From Epithemia pelagica (lineage: Eukaryota; Protista; Bacillariophyta): DNA of 64,000 bases. Positions within the stretch are counted from its first letter, which is position 1; every line of letters starts with the position of its first letter. Position numbers and translations under genes: made by a program. The notes below the pieces were generated by a model. That model had not been told where the DNA came from and made no database searches. It saw nothing but the letters and a program-made list of their open reading frames with translations. Location: NCBI GenBank assembly GCA_946965045.2, contig OX337231.1:1798001-1862000 (forward strand), written 5' to 3'. Of the stretch, positions 1 through 12,289 are shown piece by piece.

Positions 1-918
1 TCGTTTTATAGAGTCACAAGATGAACATACCAGGATCATTTCCAACGTGCGTGTCAGTCCAACATCTTGCGATGTTGCATATTCCAAATGAGACTGAAAC
101 GTTATAGCATACGGTGTGACCGTTTCGTCAGGAGTTTTAGAACGTTTGCGTGCATGTTGAGCTTGTTCGGTTGTGCTGAAATATGCCGCCGCGTGGACTG
201 GAACAATTTTGTCTCCCCCTAGAGACAACGCTGTGTCTGGCAATTTGATGACATGGTCGCCATGTGTCGCATACAAGTCAATAACTTCCTTCCCTAAGAG
301 ATTCTGGCCTGTTTGGCTAGCACGAAAAGACACTCTTCCAGCTCGAGAGGTGTAACCCGAGGGCAGGGATTGAGTTGGTCCTTCATTGCCCGAACCAACA
401 GTATGATTGATGTCCTCGTTGTCATTGGGAGCCTCTTTGTCGTTTGCTATTTTTGCTGCTTCTCCGTAAAGATAAAATGAATGAGCCAAAAGTTGGTGAC
501 CAAAGCATATGCCGAGAGTAGGGATCTCTTGTCTAACAAGTTCTTCTTGAATCACATGCTTTAACTTGTCAATCCATGGAACGTTTTCCTCGTAGGCAGA
601 AGAGAGAGAGCCAGGCAAAATTACACCAGAGAATTCACTCCAGGTCGAGGGATAATTCTGAAGCTTGGCGTTGTAGACGTGAATCGATATACTCCATAAG
701 ACGTCATGACGAGCACATTCGGCAGCTTGAGCAATCAAGTCTAGAAAGAGCGCGGCGGTATGTTCTTCTGGTCCATACCCAATGGCATCTTCACATCCCA
801 AGAACGCGAGGTCCAAGGAGTACGATATGCTTGAAGAAGAATCTCCAGATTCTTGACGAAGTATTGGAACGTTGCTGGTTTTGTTAGTGGACGTTGACCT
901 TTCATATTCATACGCCAT
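1..918 (-). CDS. Class I glutamine amidotransferase-like protein (3' end runs off the window)
   Basis: Manual translation from ATG at 918 (MAYEYERS...) stays open to the edge. It contains LAFLGCED, FSGVILPGS, the nucleophile elbow PTLGICFGHQLL, THGDHV and FQSHLEY (H-x-E). Probable GTATGT donor near position 31. It is absent from the ORF track because there is no stop in the window. Confidence 0.85.
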   Translation of the reverse strand, partial: MAYEYERSTSTNKTSNVPILRQESGDSSSSISYSLDLAFLGCEDAIGYGPEEHTAALFLDLIAQAAECARHDVLWSISIHVYNAKLQNYPSTWSEFSGVILPGSLSSAYEENVPWIDKLKHVIQEELVRQEIPTLGICFGHQLLAHSFYLYGEAAKIANDKEAPNDNEDINHTVGSGNEGPTQSLPSGYTSRAGRVSFRASQTGQNLLGKEVIDLYATHGDHVIKLPDTALSLGGDKIVPVHAAAYFSTTEQAQHARKRSKTPDETVTPYAITFQSHLEYATSQDVGLTRTLEMILVCSSCDSIKR

Positions 919-1944
919 GGTGACGATGCCGACTAGACGGGTTCATTGCGTTCATTTCCGAAAAATTCGGGGGAGCCCCTCCATCCGAGGGGGAATCGCG
1001 CATGTCCACTTTCCAAAATTTCTCTTCCTTCATCAACTCACGATCAGAAGATGCCCTGGAGCTACGCGTTCTCTTGATTTGAAATCATGGAACGACCGGT
1101 CGAAACAAACTCATGAACATGTCAGTGTCCACGCTAGTGTGATGGTGGGTTGGGGTTGGGGTGTTGGAAGTTACTTACGCGCTGTAAACCTCGGCGCAGT
1201 CGGATCGAATCGGAAAGTTGGTCACCGGCTCTCGATTGTGCGTGATTTCATGAACGACAAATTTGACCAAGAGAAAGATTTGCAGTCTCGAACAAAGGTA
1301 TCAACACTATTTCTGTCAAGTTTCTCTTTATTCATCCATTCAAGAACGGCATTGGTCGGGTGGCCCGATTGCAGTTCAGCTGCGTTTTGCGAACGACACG
1401 GATGTTCCTGTGTCGCTGAGTGCTCCAAGAAATGTTGGCACACTTTACGATGCTCAGGGACTGAGTACAAAGCTCTATATTGCCTCGCTGCCTTGGTCGC
1501 CAAATGCGCCGCCGAAACTGCTTGGAACGCGAACTACGTCCTTTCGCCACCAATGGACATTCGACACACCAACCCTGTCAATTGACGGTGAAAAGGATTT
1601 ACTGTCACCCAGAAAAGTTGTTATTGCCGGAGCCGTTGCCGCTGCGCTTGCTCGTAGCTTCGGGTCGACTCGGAGCCATCGGGGTTTCATCAAAAACAAC
1701 CCATTCTCCTTTTCACGTTGTCTACTTTATTTTATCTTCGAGAATGACCTGACGAGCTCGTTCTACACTACAGTACCCCGTCGGTCCCTGGTGTCACTGC
1801 CAATAGCACTCTACGTTAGCATATCCTGCTGACCGACAGCCAAAACAACGAACAGCGTAATGCTTTGCAGCAATTATCTTGGCAACAAGTGGTTCAGCTC
1901 GGGTGGTAATGCCATTATTTCGCAAATTATGAGGTACTTTATCA

Positions 1945-4900
1945 TCACTTGCGTTTCCTAGAGAGAGAATGCTTATTGTCCTTGCCGTTGTTGAAAGATG
2001 CTTTGGGTTTAGCAGACTTTTGCTTTTGTTCTAAAGCTTTCCGGTCTGACTTTTTCATATTCTTGATCTTGTTGTCGAGGTTCTTGGCCCTTTCCTTCTT
2101 GATTTGGACCGCAGTCTTCTTTCTTCCATCATCACCCGTGTCAGGCCGCGCGCCACTCGAGTGGGCATTCTTGTGTTTCTTATTGCGACGAGACGAACCA
2201 TCATATGCAGGAGACGACGGAAGGTTCACGCCTTCTACATCATCAAACACACCATTCCGTCCGATACTGCGATTTGTTTTCTTCTGCCACTTTTCATACA
2301 ATTCGCCTAACTTCAACTTATCGTTCTTCACCATCTGACCGCTTTCTAGGCGCATTCGTTTCGATTTTGAATCACCAGACAACTCTGCTCCAACCGTTGT
2401 TTGAACATACTTCCGTTTTGATTTGTCCCATCTCATCATACGTTGGCGTTGGACCAACTCTTCGTTTTCATCACCAACAATATCAAGCATGGCCTCCTCT
2501 AATCTGGCAGCGGCTCCGATCATAGATGACCCGCCATGATTTGAACTACTGTTGCTAGGTTGCATCGCTGCTTCAATCTGCCGTGAGCGATTCGCTTCTT
2601 CGCGATTTGACGTGAAGTCGTTCTCAATGAAGAACGAGGGATCACGGAAATCAGAAGATCTCATGTCCTTCTTTTTCTTGGAACTAGATTCAGCTGAAAT
2701 CTGGAATGCGTTATTGGTTCCAGATAATGATGTCTTTGGTTCCTTCTTCATCCGTTTCCGTTCAGCTTTGGACATTCGCCTTTTTCCTGTAGTGGGAAAA
2801 GTAGGTGTCTCGACAAGTTCGGACGTACGATCAGATGGTGGCGAGTCATTCTTAGCATCAGATGCTACTTTCGTATGCATATCGGGTTCGTCCGTGTCTT
2901 CCATGGCACGCTCTCCTTCTGTATCACTTTCTTGCTGCGCTGTCTCGGTTCCAGCAACAACAAGTTCCTTGTCGCGCACCATACGCATCTGCCTTCTCAT
3001 GTTTTTCATGGCTGTTAATGCAGCACTTGTATCATTTTTCTTCTTGCTGTCTGATGTAGTCCGTCCTTTATCGACCTGGCTCAAAACTCCCACCTGCCTA
3101 CCTCCACCAGTGGCAAATGCTTCAAAAACAGATTCTTTGGGGCGGAACTGAGACAGCGATCGCAGGAATTCTTCTCTGTCCTGGACATTGGCTCTTGAGT
3201 TCAGTGCATGGGGAGACACCGATTCTGTTGAAACACTGTTTTGAAGCTCATGTACAAATATTGGGTGGATTGGAATAGCTCCAGCAAAGACAAGTCCTGT
3301 ATCCGTTTTGTCTGTTGATATTTGCCCATCCAATATGGCTTTGGATCGTTGAACGGCACTTTTGCTCGCTAGAGGTCGAGTGCGACGGTACTGTTTCATG
3401 GCATTCTCACACACGTTTCTAAGAGATTGGATATTGTTTGAAAGGCGGTTAACCTGTTCCACCAATGGCGTCATAATGGATTCAGGGACAGAGCCAAAAT
3501 GAACCATATCGGGAGTCATGTCAGACAAGCAATACGAAATATCAGGTTTTCGATTCTTTGCGGATTCCGGTCCTTCAGAAGTTGTTGTCGCTTGCAAAGA
3601 CGTGGCGGGTCGTCTACCCAAGAATAAATGCAGATCAATCATGTATGGCATCTCCTCTGCAAACACAGGAACGAAGACGATCACGTACACCGTATTGTGC
3701 TGAGTAATCTTGTGGCAAACACAATGGCGTCCCAACAAAACCTCCAAACTCACCTGGATCGACAAGTGCCCACCCATACCCAATACGACCCGCTCGAGCA
3801 GCGCGTCCGGATCGATGGACAAATAGCTTTGGAGCGGGAGGGAAGTGATAATGAATCACATGATCAATCAAGGGGACATCGACGCCACGCGCTGCAACAT
3901 CTGTGACAACCAAAATTGGTTTGGCACCTGAACGAAAGGCTGCCAAATTGGCACGACGTGCCTCACTATCGAGTGATCCATAAATCACTGTTGGTTGCAT
4001 CGTGTTTGAAAATTCTGGTGCAGAAGATATAAGCGACGCAATATACTCCACGTGGTGGCGGGTAGCAGCAAAGATTAGCGTCAGACTGTTTCGTCTAGAC
4101 TTGTCTTCCTTTGTCGAGCTATGTTTTTGCCGATTTTCCTGGATATGGGACAGCAAATGAAGAAGAGCTGCGTCCTTTTCCATACTTCGACATGTGACAA
4201 AGGCCATTCGCAGATCGGCTGAGACCGTGGCTTCTTGATCTAGACGAACAACGGACAAGTTGTCGTCCAAGTTGAGATTGTTATGTTGTTGAGTAAACTC
4301 CACCAAAACTTTTGGTAATGTGGCACTCAGTAAAATCTTTTGGCTGGTTGGTGAGACTGACTTTGCGATTTGTCGAATTTGCTGCGCCAAGCCCATTTCT
4401 AAAAGACGATCGGCTTCATCCAGCACCAGCGTCGTACATGACTGAAGTGTGAAGTCAGTAATTTCTGTCAAGTGATGGGCCAAACGCCCTGGTGTTGCAA
4501 CAATAACGTCCGGCTGCGAGGCAAGCAATGAAAATTGCTTCTCCATGCCTTCACTTCCATGAATCCCAATAAACTTTAAGTCTGTCTGGGCACCCATTTT
4601 CTGGACTACACGGAGTGTTTGCAAGGACAATTCTCTCGTTGGAGATAAAATTACTCCCCTAACACCCCTTTGCTGCGGAAGACTGCCCGACTCTTCTTCT
4701 TGTCGCCTTTCTTGTAGAATCTTCTCCAAAAGAGGAATAACAAAAGCCGCTGTCTTCCCACTTCCAGTCCGAGCCATGACAACTGCGTCCACCCCCGTCA
4801 ACAACACAGGTAGAGCTTGTCGTTGGACCGGTGTGGGTTGCTGATATCCCATCTTCTGGATCCCTTTGTAAACTTCTGGAGACAGCTTCAATCCCTGGAA

Positions 4901-4945
4901 GCTTCCCGTTCCTTTCATCTTTGATTGAGAAGAAGTCGCCGTCAT
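1945..4945 (-). CDS. DBP10: DEAD-box RNA helicase DBP10/DDX54 (60S biogenesis), 2 exons
   Basis: Q motif PTPVQ, ARTGSGKT, LSPTREL, LDEADRL, SATLP, HRSGRAARAG. The GT-AG intron 3657-3753 joins DP|EEMPYMIDLHLFLGR. The C-terminus has the DBP10-type WDKSKRKYV and YEKWQKKT motifs. Confidence 0.93.
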
Positions 4946-5167
4946 GTTGATTCAACTGTTCCGATGGAAGTCATCGTCGTTGTGGGAATTGGGGGTCTCT
5001 TGTAAATTTTGTTGGCTGTCGCAAATCACGCGCAATCGACTTGCAGTCCGGTCGTCGGACGTACGTCTTCTGCGACCAAAAAATAGTGCCTACCGGCTTA
5101 CTGGAATCAATCGAGAGGCTGAATAATCCATTGAAGGAGAAGGTGGACTTCTTGATACTATCAACAG

Positions 5168-5284
5168 GTATGTCTGTTAAAGGGTGACGAGGCTGTGGTT
5201 GAATTCAAAAACCGATGTAGCATTCTATTCTTTATTCAGAATCGCTTTCCATGAACTCATGCATTTTCTTTCACTCTTTTCCAG
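5168..5284 (+). other. Probable 5'-UTR intron of RPS15
   Basis: cag|GTATGT donor at 5168, a polypyrimidine tract, and CCAG acceptor at 5284, 30 nt upstream of the ATG. Confidence 0.6.
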
Positions 5285-5313
5285 GTCTGATCTGATTTAT
5301 TACACTGAACAAA

Positions 5314-5757
5314 ATGGACGCAGAGAAGGTAGCAGAGCTTCGTAAGAAGCGTCAATTTCGCAAGTTCACATTCCGTGGTATTGAATTGGATGCCTTGTTA
5401 GATTTGTCCAACGATGAATTGATGGACTTGGTATGCGCTCGTGCGCGTCGTCGTATGTCTCGTGGGTTGAAGCGTAAGCCGATGGCCCTCATCAAACGAC
5501 TTCGACAGGCCAAGAAAGAGGCGCCACCAGGCGAAAAGCCTCGTGGTATCAAAACTCATTTGCGAAATATGATCATTGTCCCTGAAATGATTGGATCTAT
5601 TATTGGTATTTACAATGGAAAAATGTTTTGCGGTGTGGAGATGAAACCCGAAATGGTGGGCATGTATTTGGGTGAATTTGCCATCACATACAAACCTGTG
5701 CGACACGGACGACCTGCTGTCAGTGCCGCACACCAAACTAGATTCATCCCTCTTTAA
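5314..5757 (+). CDS. RPS15: 40S ribosomal protein S15 (uS19)
   Basis: [49 protein letters not shown]. Confidence 0.97.
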   Translation: MDAEKVAELRKKRQFRKFTFRGIELDALLDLSNDELMDLVCARARRRMSRGLKRKPMALIKRLRQAKKEAPPGEKPRGIKTHLRNMIIVPEMIGSIIGIYNGKMFCGVEMKPEMVGMYLGEFAITYKPVRHGRPAVSAAHQTRFIPL

Positions 5758-5950
5758 ATCCATTCAAAGCGATCTCTTTTCCTCCATATGCTGTTCACCA
5801 AGCTATGCTTCGCATGTCATGTCTTTCTATTCGTTAGTTTGTCTTTTATCGACTATATACACGACTGCGCACATGCACGGTATTCAGTAACTAACCATCT
5901 AAAACAGCCTTTTTGCTCCTAAGTTGGTCACAATCGTGCGCGAAAACCAT

Positions 5951-7029
5951 TCATTTCGGCTCTCCCGCTTTCTTCTTCTCCTCTGCGACAAAGTCATTGA
6001 AGGCTTGAGTGTAGTCCGGATGCCATCGCGAGAGCGGTGGTCGATCTTGAACAATGTCTTGCGATGTCCAGGTAATCCGCAAGTTGTCTGTGAACCGATC
6101 TACTTCGTTGTCAGGGCAAATGACATAGAAGCGTCCCTTATCCAGCTCTTCAATCATGAAATCAACTACTTGAGACGGCATCCATGCTCCAGAAGCAGGC
6201 TTCTCTTCATGGAAAAAGACAGAATCTTTATCAAAAGTTTCCGGATCTTCCGCTTTGGCACGTTGTGACTTGAGCAATATGCTGGTGTTCACCCATCCAG
6301 GAACCAAGAGGGCAGCTCGCAATTTGCCGTCTTCTGTCGTTCGCTTTTTCATGAATGAATGCTCCAAACCCTCAGTGTAACATTTCAGCGCAGCTTTGCT
6401 CATGTTATAGGTCAAATTACCAGGAGGCATGGTGATGCCTTGCTTGGATCCAGTATTAATGATAATTCCAGGTTCCTTGGATTCCTCCATCTTTGGAGCA
6501 AAGATCATGGCACCGTGGCTGAAGTCGACCGGGCACAATACAAGAAACATCAGAAGAAGCATGAGATAATAAAATCAAGCGATGATGGTCAAATATCGGA
6601 AAAGACTTACATCGGACCATACAAGTTCACTGCCATTGTCCTCTCCACAATCTTAAGATCCGTGAACGGATCACCACCAGACCCAACACCGGCATTGTTC
6701 ATCAAAATGTGGCAGTTGCCATTGCTGAACACTTGATCCATGACCAATTCAAGCGCTTCGGGGTTCGTTACGTCTACGACTTCAGCCAAAATAAGTTGAC
6801 TCGGGTTAACCCCGGCTGATGTGGCTTCGTGCTTTACAAATTTTTGAGACTCGAGCAATTCGGCACCGTCAATATCCAGCATCCAAACGTTCATTCCTGA
6901 AAGAGCAAATTTGAGGCTGGCTGCTCTACCGATTCCACTACTGGCACCAGTGACAACCGCCGTGTGACCAGGCTTCATCAAATCAGATATCCGCGGCCCT
7001 GAATTACCCGCTTTCGAATCGTTCGGCAT
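5951..7029 (-). CDS. Short-chain dehydrogenase/reductase (classical SDR), 2 exons
   Basis: TGASSGIG, NNAG, NTGS and catalytic YNMSK. The intron 6519-6610 (GTAAG..CAG) joins YGP|IHG in frame. Confidence 0.92.
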
Positions 7030-7331
7030 GGTTGTATCTTTGTCAATGCGGCTTCTTTGCAGAAAAATGAGAAAACGGGAGGAAATTCCCGGTAATTTGT
7101 TTCGGTCGCAGTTTTATCCTCCTGAAGCTATCATGGCAGATCATGGCTATTAGAACTGTCTATTCGTAGGCTGGGAATTTTTCACGACCGCTGTGGTTCA
7201 TTGATTATTCGCCAACTGATACTGATGAATCGCAGACTTCCGAGTGTCCCATCAATGAGCTTGGGTTAGTTTTCCTTTTCACGATGGGCCTTAACATCAG
7301 AGGCGTCACAATGATATCAAGTTCACCAGGG

Positions 7332-8523
7332 TTATGATTGCGGGAAAACTATGTCGACATCCCTCCTAGACCTCTTGTGATTTTCTTCCACTTTTCCGTG
7401 CACACTACCAGATCGATTGAAGGAAGACCACCAAAAGATTGGATCCCAATTGGAATCGCTTCGTGAAACCAGCATCGGTCGATCTCGTCTACCTATATGC
7501 CAACCATAGCCGGCAAATATAGCTGCGTAAAAGAGTCCAATGGAAGTTCCAACGGGAGGAGCAAAACGCGAAATGCCAGATATCATTGTACATTTTTGCC
7601 AAAGAGCCGAAGTGACAACCACAGCGGATAGAAAAATGCCGACAACCCGCAGATTGGTGTTGGTGGTTTTCTTTTTCTCGCCGAGCATAAAGGCATCCAC
7701 AAAACCCATCCCAATCTTGTTCATGTGGCCCGTAGCAGCCCATGTAATGACAGCTGTTTCATCGGCAGACACCGCGTTGACGAATCCAAACCCAAGTCCG
7801 AGAAAAAGTCCCATCCAGCGGTCGGCCACAGGCAATACATGTCCCAGCACATCCGCCACGGCAAACATAGACAACACTGCAAGTGAGACATGCGCAAAAA
7901 GTTGACGCCGCCCATACGTTTTTGAACTGTTTTGATTTCTAATAGAAAGAAATCTGTAGAATGCAGCTCCGGCAGTGTAACTCATGACTGTACTGGCGAA
8001 AAATGCCGCGTCTCCGCTGCCAAAGTTACAGAACAACCTTGTGTTAGATATTTGCTCCATCGCCCAACATATTTTTAACCTCACAGAACCAAAGTATGGA
8101 GGAAATAACTCACAATCGTAGATCCACCAAAGACATACAGAATCGCATCATGTTTCCAGTCATCATGCTTGCATAAAATCCAAACATCTTGAACGTGACG
8201 ACATTGGCCACTGCTCCTCCCAAAACCAAGAGATCCGCCAATGTCGCTTTGGCCTTCTTTCCATCGCTCTTTGATGTTGCCAATATCGTTGGCTCGTTTT
8301 CATGTACAATCTGTTCAATTTGCTTCGGTACGTCAATGGACTGTCTTTGTTCATCCACCAAAACTCGATTTAGCAAAGTTTCTGAATACTGATGTGGTAT
8401 AGAAGCATGTATTCTTCTCTCCTCAGATTTTGTACTCGTTGCGAGAGGAGAAACAAATGGAAAGGACTCGGCAGTCCAAACCACGAAGAGAAAGCAGACC
8501 CACATTGCCATTGGTAATCTCAT
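7332..8523 (-). CDS. DUF1275/YoaK-family membrane protein with signal peptide, 2 exons
   Basis: SMMTGN and WAATGH repeat motifs with several hydrophobic helices. N-terminal signal with a TAES-F cleavage-like motif. Intron 8017-8113 (GTGAGT, CTAAC branch point, GCAG). Confidence 0.75.
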
Positions 8524-9383
8524 GTTTGAATATGGTCGTACTTAGACAGGTTTCCACTCAGCTTAATGTCGCTTTTAAAAAGTAAGACTTCGGAGGGCTT
8601 CCATGATGTCTCTCTCTAATTTGTTGGTGCCGGATGAACTGCGACGAATTTAGGACGAGATTCTCTAGAACAGAAGACAGAAGATTCGATTGGACCTGCA
8701 GATCGGCGTCTACCGGTAGCTGGTCAAATCATCGACGTCTCCCTCCCCAACTTCCATTCCAGAGTACCATTCAAGGCAGATGATGTGAAGAAAGTGAGGA
8801 TTCAGAGAGAGTACGTGGCCGACAGCTTCCGAATGAGACGTGGCGTTTTACCGCGACCGCTCTGTTGCTACCTCTGCTATCGGTATATCAATGCCACCAT
8901 TGCTTAGTTACGCTTTGACTGCTCCGTCTACTCCTCCTCCTAGGAATTGTGTCAAATAATCCTACTAGTAGGAGCACGAACGCATCTCCGTTTTGTGGGC
9001 ATATACCATCAATAATGGCCAACATGAAACCACCAGAACCTCCACATGGACGGAATCCACTTCTTCTTGTAGCTTTGCTGAGGTTTGGGACAATGATTGC
9101 TTTGTACGCAGCCTTAAATGACACACATTCCACGCCATGTTTCTTGGGCACAGCGTCCCGTCAATTAGCCAGCCGAACGGCCTGAACTGATATCAGCTTT
9201 TTTGGGAAGCCCATTTTGCTTGTCGAGAAAAGTTTTATGATTGAGACACACAGCGACTCAAGAGCTTTTAAAATGTGATTAAATAAACGACCCAATTCCC
9301 ACCAAAGATTTTCTTAGCGCGATCTCTCATTTTTTCATTCGTCGCACTTTTCGGGTCGACGATCCTTTCTAGTGTTGGAAAGA

Positions 9384-10379
9384 ATGGAGGATGAAGTGGA
9401 AGATTATTCCACTTCCGCTGAGAGAACACAACGCCCTGTACAAGCCAAGTATGAGCCAGAACGTCTCGTCTTTTTGTTGACACGAAAGAGGGGCAAGAGT
9501 ATATCCAATGGTGGATTTGGGATCGTATTATCCAAGACGTGGACAACATCCGACAAAGCACAGACAAAGAACAATGAACCGGACATTCACTTGGAATCTG
9601 TTGAATCGCAATGTACGAACCATCCGTCAGGTAAAAGCAAGGAAGTAACGTCTTCCACCAATAACCCAAAATGCAATGGTCCACGACAAGATGACCTGAA
9701 ATCAAGCGTTGTCACGACGACAAAGGAGTATTTGCTCATTGAGGAAGTTCTGTTCTTGTATGAACGAGGTATACTGGAAGCTGTCGACGAACGTGGCATT
9801 GTCATGAGTATGGATCAATTGTACTCGCTTTTGAACGATTCGGGAACCATGTCTCTCCGGACGTATCTTTCCTATGCTCATTTGCGTCAACAAGGCTTTC
9901 GCGTGGTCCGACACAGTCCTGAACGGCGGAGAATCCTACTGGCGATGGAGCATGAAGAAAATATGAGAAGGCGTAAACGACAGAAACTTGCTGCAGGCGG
10001 CACAACGCTCGGCAACGACGACTGGAAATCCTTTGCAGTCTTGAAACGTGACTTTAGAGAGGCTTCCGCCAAAGCGGCTCCACCATCCTCCATGGATTGT
10101 AGCAATGCGACGCCAGTGCTGACATGGGACGTTTACCCACCTGAACAAACTTTTTCTCGTTCCGCCCCTGGACTGCCACAATTCTCAGTCTTGGTTTCGT
10201 CGTATTCACAGGCATTTATATCGTTTCCGCAGATTGCCGAATGCATTCGATTGAATCATCCAATTCCCATAAAAATCGCGACTGTTTCCGATGGTGGAAT
10301 TGTTGTTTTATTTGGGGTCACTGAAGAGGGTATACCGCGTTTGCCAAGCGCGACAGAGAAACCAAATGAAGGCGATTGA
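9384..10379 (+). CDS. TSEN54: tRNA-splicing endonuclease subunit Sen54-like
   Basis: YLLIEEVLFLYERGIL and YLSYAHLRQQGFRVVRH match the Sen54 N-terminal motifs. First in-frame ATG at 9384. Confidence 0.7.
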   Translation: MEDEVEDYSTSAERTQRPVQAKYEPERLVFLLTRKRGKSISNGGFGIVLSKTWTTSDKAQTKNNEPDIHLESVESQCTNHPSGKSKEVTSSTNNPKCNGPRQDDLKSSVVTTTKEYLLIEEVLFLYERGILEAVDERGIVMSMDQLYSLLNDSGTMSLRTYLSYAHLRQQGFRVVRHSPERRRILLAMEHEENMRRRKRQKLAAGGTTLGNDDWKSFAVLKRDFREASAKAAPPSSMDCSNATPVLTWDVYPPEQTFSRSAPGLPQFSVLVSSYSQAFISFPQIAECIRLNHPIPIKIATVSDGGIVVLFGVTEEGIPRLPSATEKPNEGD

Positions 10380-10596
10380 ACGCCCATTCTTTTCCACTCT
10401 TTGGGACAGCAAGAGAGTCGAGTGTTGATTCGTGATACATCCTGTCAACCTGGTAATGGCACCTACAGGTAAACACAGATCCCTGTGGTGGAGCACTTCT
10501 ACAGCACGAACCTAACGTATATGTGGCGTTACCACGTGTTCTTTTAATCGTTGCTTTTCATGGCGATTGGTAAATGTACAACAAGGAGTTATCTCA

Positions 10597-11950
10597 TCAA
10601 TACCGTTTTGAGACCATGTCTCCCAAGGCAATTTGAAGCTCCTCTTCTTGCTTCTCTCGTACCGTCTTAGCATCAACGCTTGCGTTAACAACCTGACGAT
10701 AATCTCGTGGGTGGCCATGACCCGGAGCAATGATTTCCCAGTCCAATTGTTGGAGATATTGCAAGCTCCGAGCTTGGGTTCGGAGATCATCACCATACCT
10801 AGGAAACCCAGTCATTTTGCCACCACCACGGGGAGTCCAACCGTACGTGTCTCCTGTGAACAAAATACCAGGTTCGCTGTTACTCGGTCGTCGGTAGAGT
10901 GTGATGCTGCCTTGAGAATGGCCAGGAGTGTGTAATACGACGACTGGTTCACTTGTTGACTCTTGCCAGTTGGAAGGCAGGACTTCACCGGAGAGTTTGT
11001 AGGCTGTTGAGCCGTCCGTACTCTCTCGTTCTGCCAGAAGAATTTCAACTTCTTCGAGAGTTGTGTCCCCTACCCAATTGTTACGGAGTTCAGCGGAATG
11101 CAATATCCGTTTCAAGTTCCCGTGTCCATTTTCTTGCCAGTACTGAGCCCATTTGTTGTGATCAGCCGTATCATCAACGTGGCTGAGGAAGAGGTAGTCC
11201 GGTCCACCTGGTCCTGTCAAGCCCTCCACATCTTTTACTGCTGAGGAGCTGAACTTTGGGGAGTTGACCATGATCCATATCTCTGTTCCTTCAGAGGTTG
11301 AACTTCGCAGCAAGTATGGAGTGGCACCAAAGGATCGATCATTGTGATGCCCCAACCAATAAATATCGTGCAGTTTCTCATCATCTAAAAACTGGCGAGG
11401 AAATGGAGCCTCCGATCCAGACCTCAACTGCATTTTCTGAACGAGTTGTTCGCTTTCGTCACTCCATCCAGTTTCGACTTGTTGCTTCTCCTCTGCGGAC
11501 GAAGCTCGGTGTCGCCACTCCGCCAGCGTCTCCAAGCGAATGGCAGCCACCGGACATGCCGCCAACGCTGATCGAGCCTTCATGATTTCTTCATCTGTCG
11601 ATGGCTGTTGATGTACCACGTGATATCCAATGGATTCTGAAATAGAGAAAGTGGAGGGTGCAAAGTTGCTACATGCCGCACAATTAATGCACTGTCATTA
11701 AAACAGCAATACAATAAACAGGGTTAGAGAGAGGGAGGGGCAATTGGAGCAAGATCAACCACTCTTCCAACTTACCCGATCGTTCACGTAGATCAACGTT
11801 CTCGTCGAGACGTTGTGGTTTTGCCATCGACAAAGAAGATCGTAGAAAATGTTGTTTCCGCGGCGACGTTACAAACGCATCGGCATACCACCCCAAACAA
11901 GCAATCGTCCATACACAGAGAACCAAGATCACCGAGTCCGAAAGCTTCAT
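10597..11950 (-). pseudogene. Plastid-targeted ferredoxin + metallo-beta-lactamase-fold protein, with an apparent frameshift near 11791 in this sequence
   Basis: Exon 2 (10597-11691) reads CINCAAC..FAP...ACPVAAI then SHVDDTADH, HTPGHSQGS, LFTGDT and PGHG. Exon 1 has a signal peptide + ADA-FVTSP. The intron 11692-11775 needs the frame YVNDR|CINC, which is one base out of frame with the leader (ENVD-c-YVNDR). An assembly error cannot be excluded. Confidence 0.7.
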
Positions 11951-12289
11951 AGTCCAATGTCCCGCTTGTCAAACAAACAGATATTTGAAAGTTTTGTCCT
12001 ATCTTTTTGTGAGGATTGGTGAAGAGTGAAGATCCGAGGACACCTCATTTCTGCAGTGGATCACTTTCGAAGCAGAAAGAAGACGTTGCCCTGTTTTGTG
12101 CCCCCAGGGAGCTGGGGTAATCCTGAGCAGGTCGCTACCTTACCAGTCAGGTACTGACTGTGACCTATAGGAGTTACCGAACGCTTTTTCTGAATAAAGA
12201 ACACTCTAGCGACAAAAGATGATATACTGACTGCTAGTACTATTAAAACCCACCACCACCCGGTTCATAACCGCTACATATTTGTACTG

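Noticed and set aside
920-1940. Several overlapping ORFs on both strands (872-1585, 1263-1832, 1222-1503) and a GTAAGT donor at 1178 on the minus strand
   Set aside because: I could not build a spliced model free of internal stops or find a family motif. It may be a decayed gene, so no feature was called.
5183-5295. Possible box C/D snoRNA (GTGACGA...CTGA) in the RPS15 5' intron
   Set aside because: Box C has a mismatch, the CTGA boxes fall after the splice acceptor, and there is no terminal stem or recognisable rRNA guide.
8600-9260. Short ORFs between the DUF1275 and Sen54-like genes
   Set aside because: They are under 90 aa with no motifs or consistent splice model, in a divergent promoter region.
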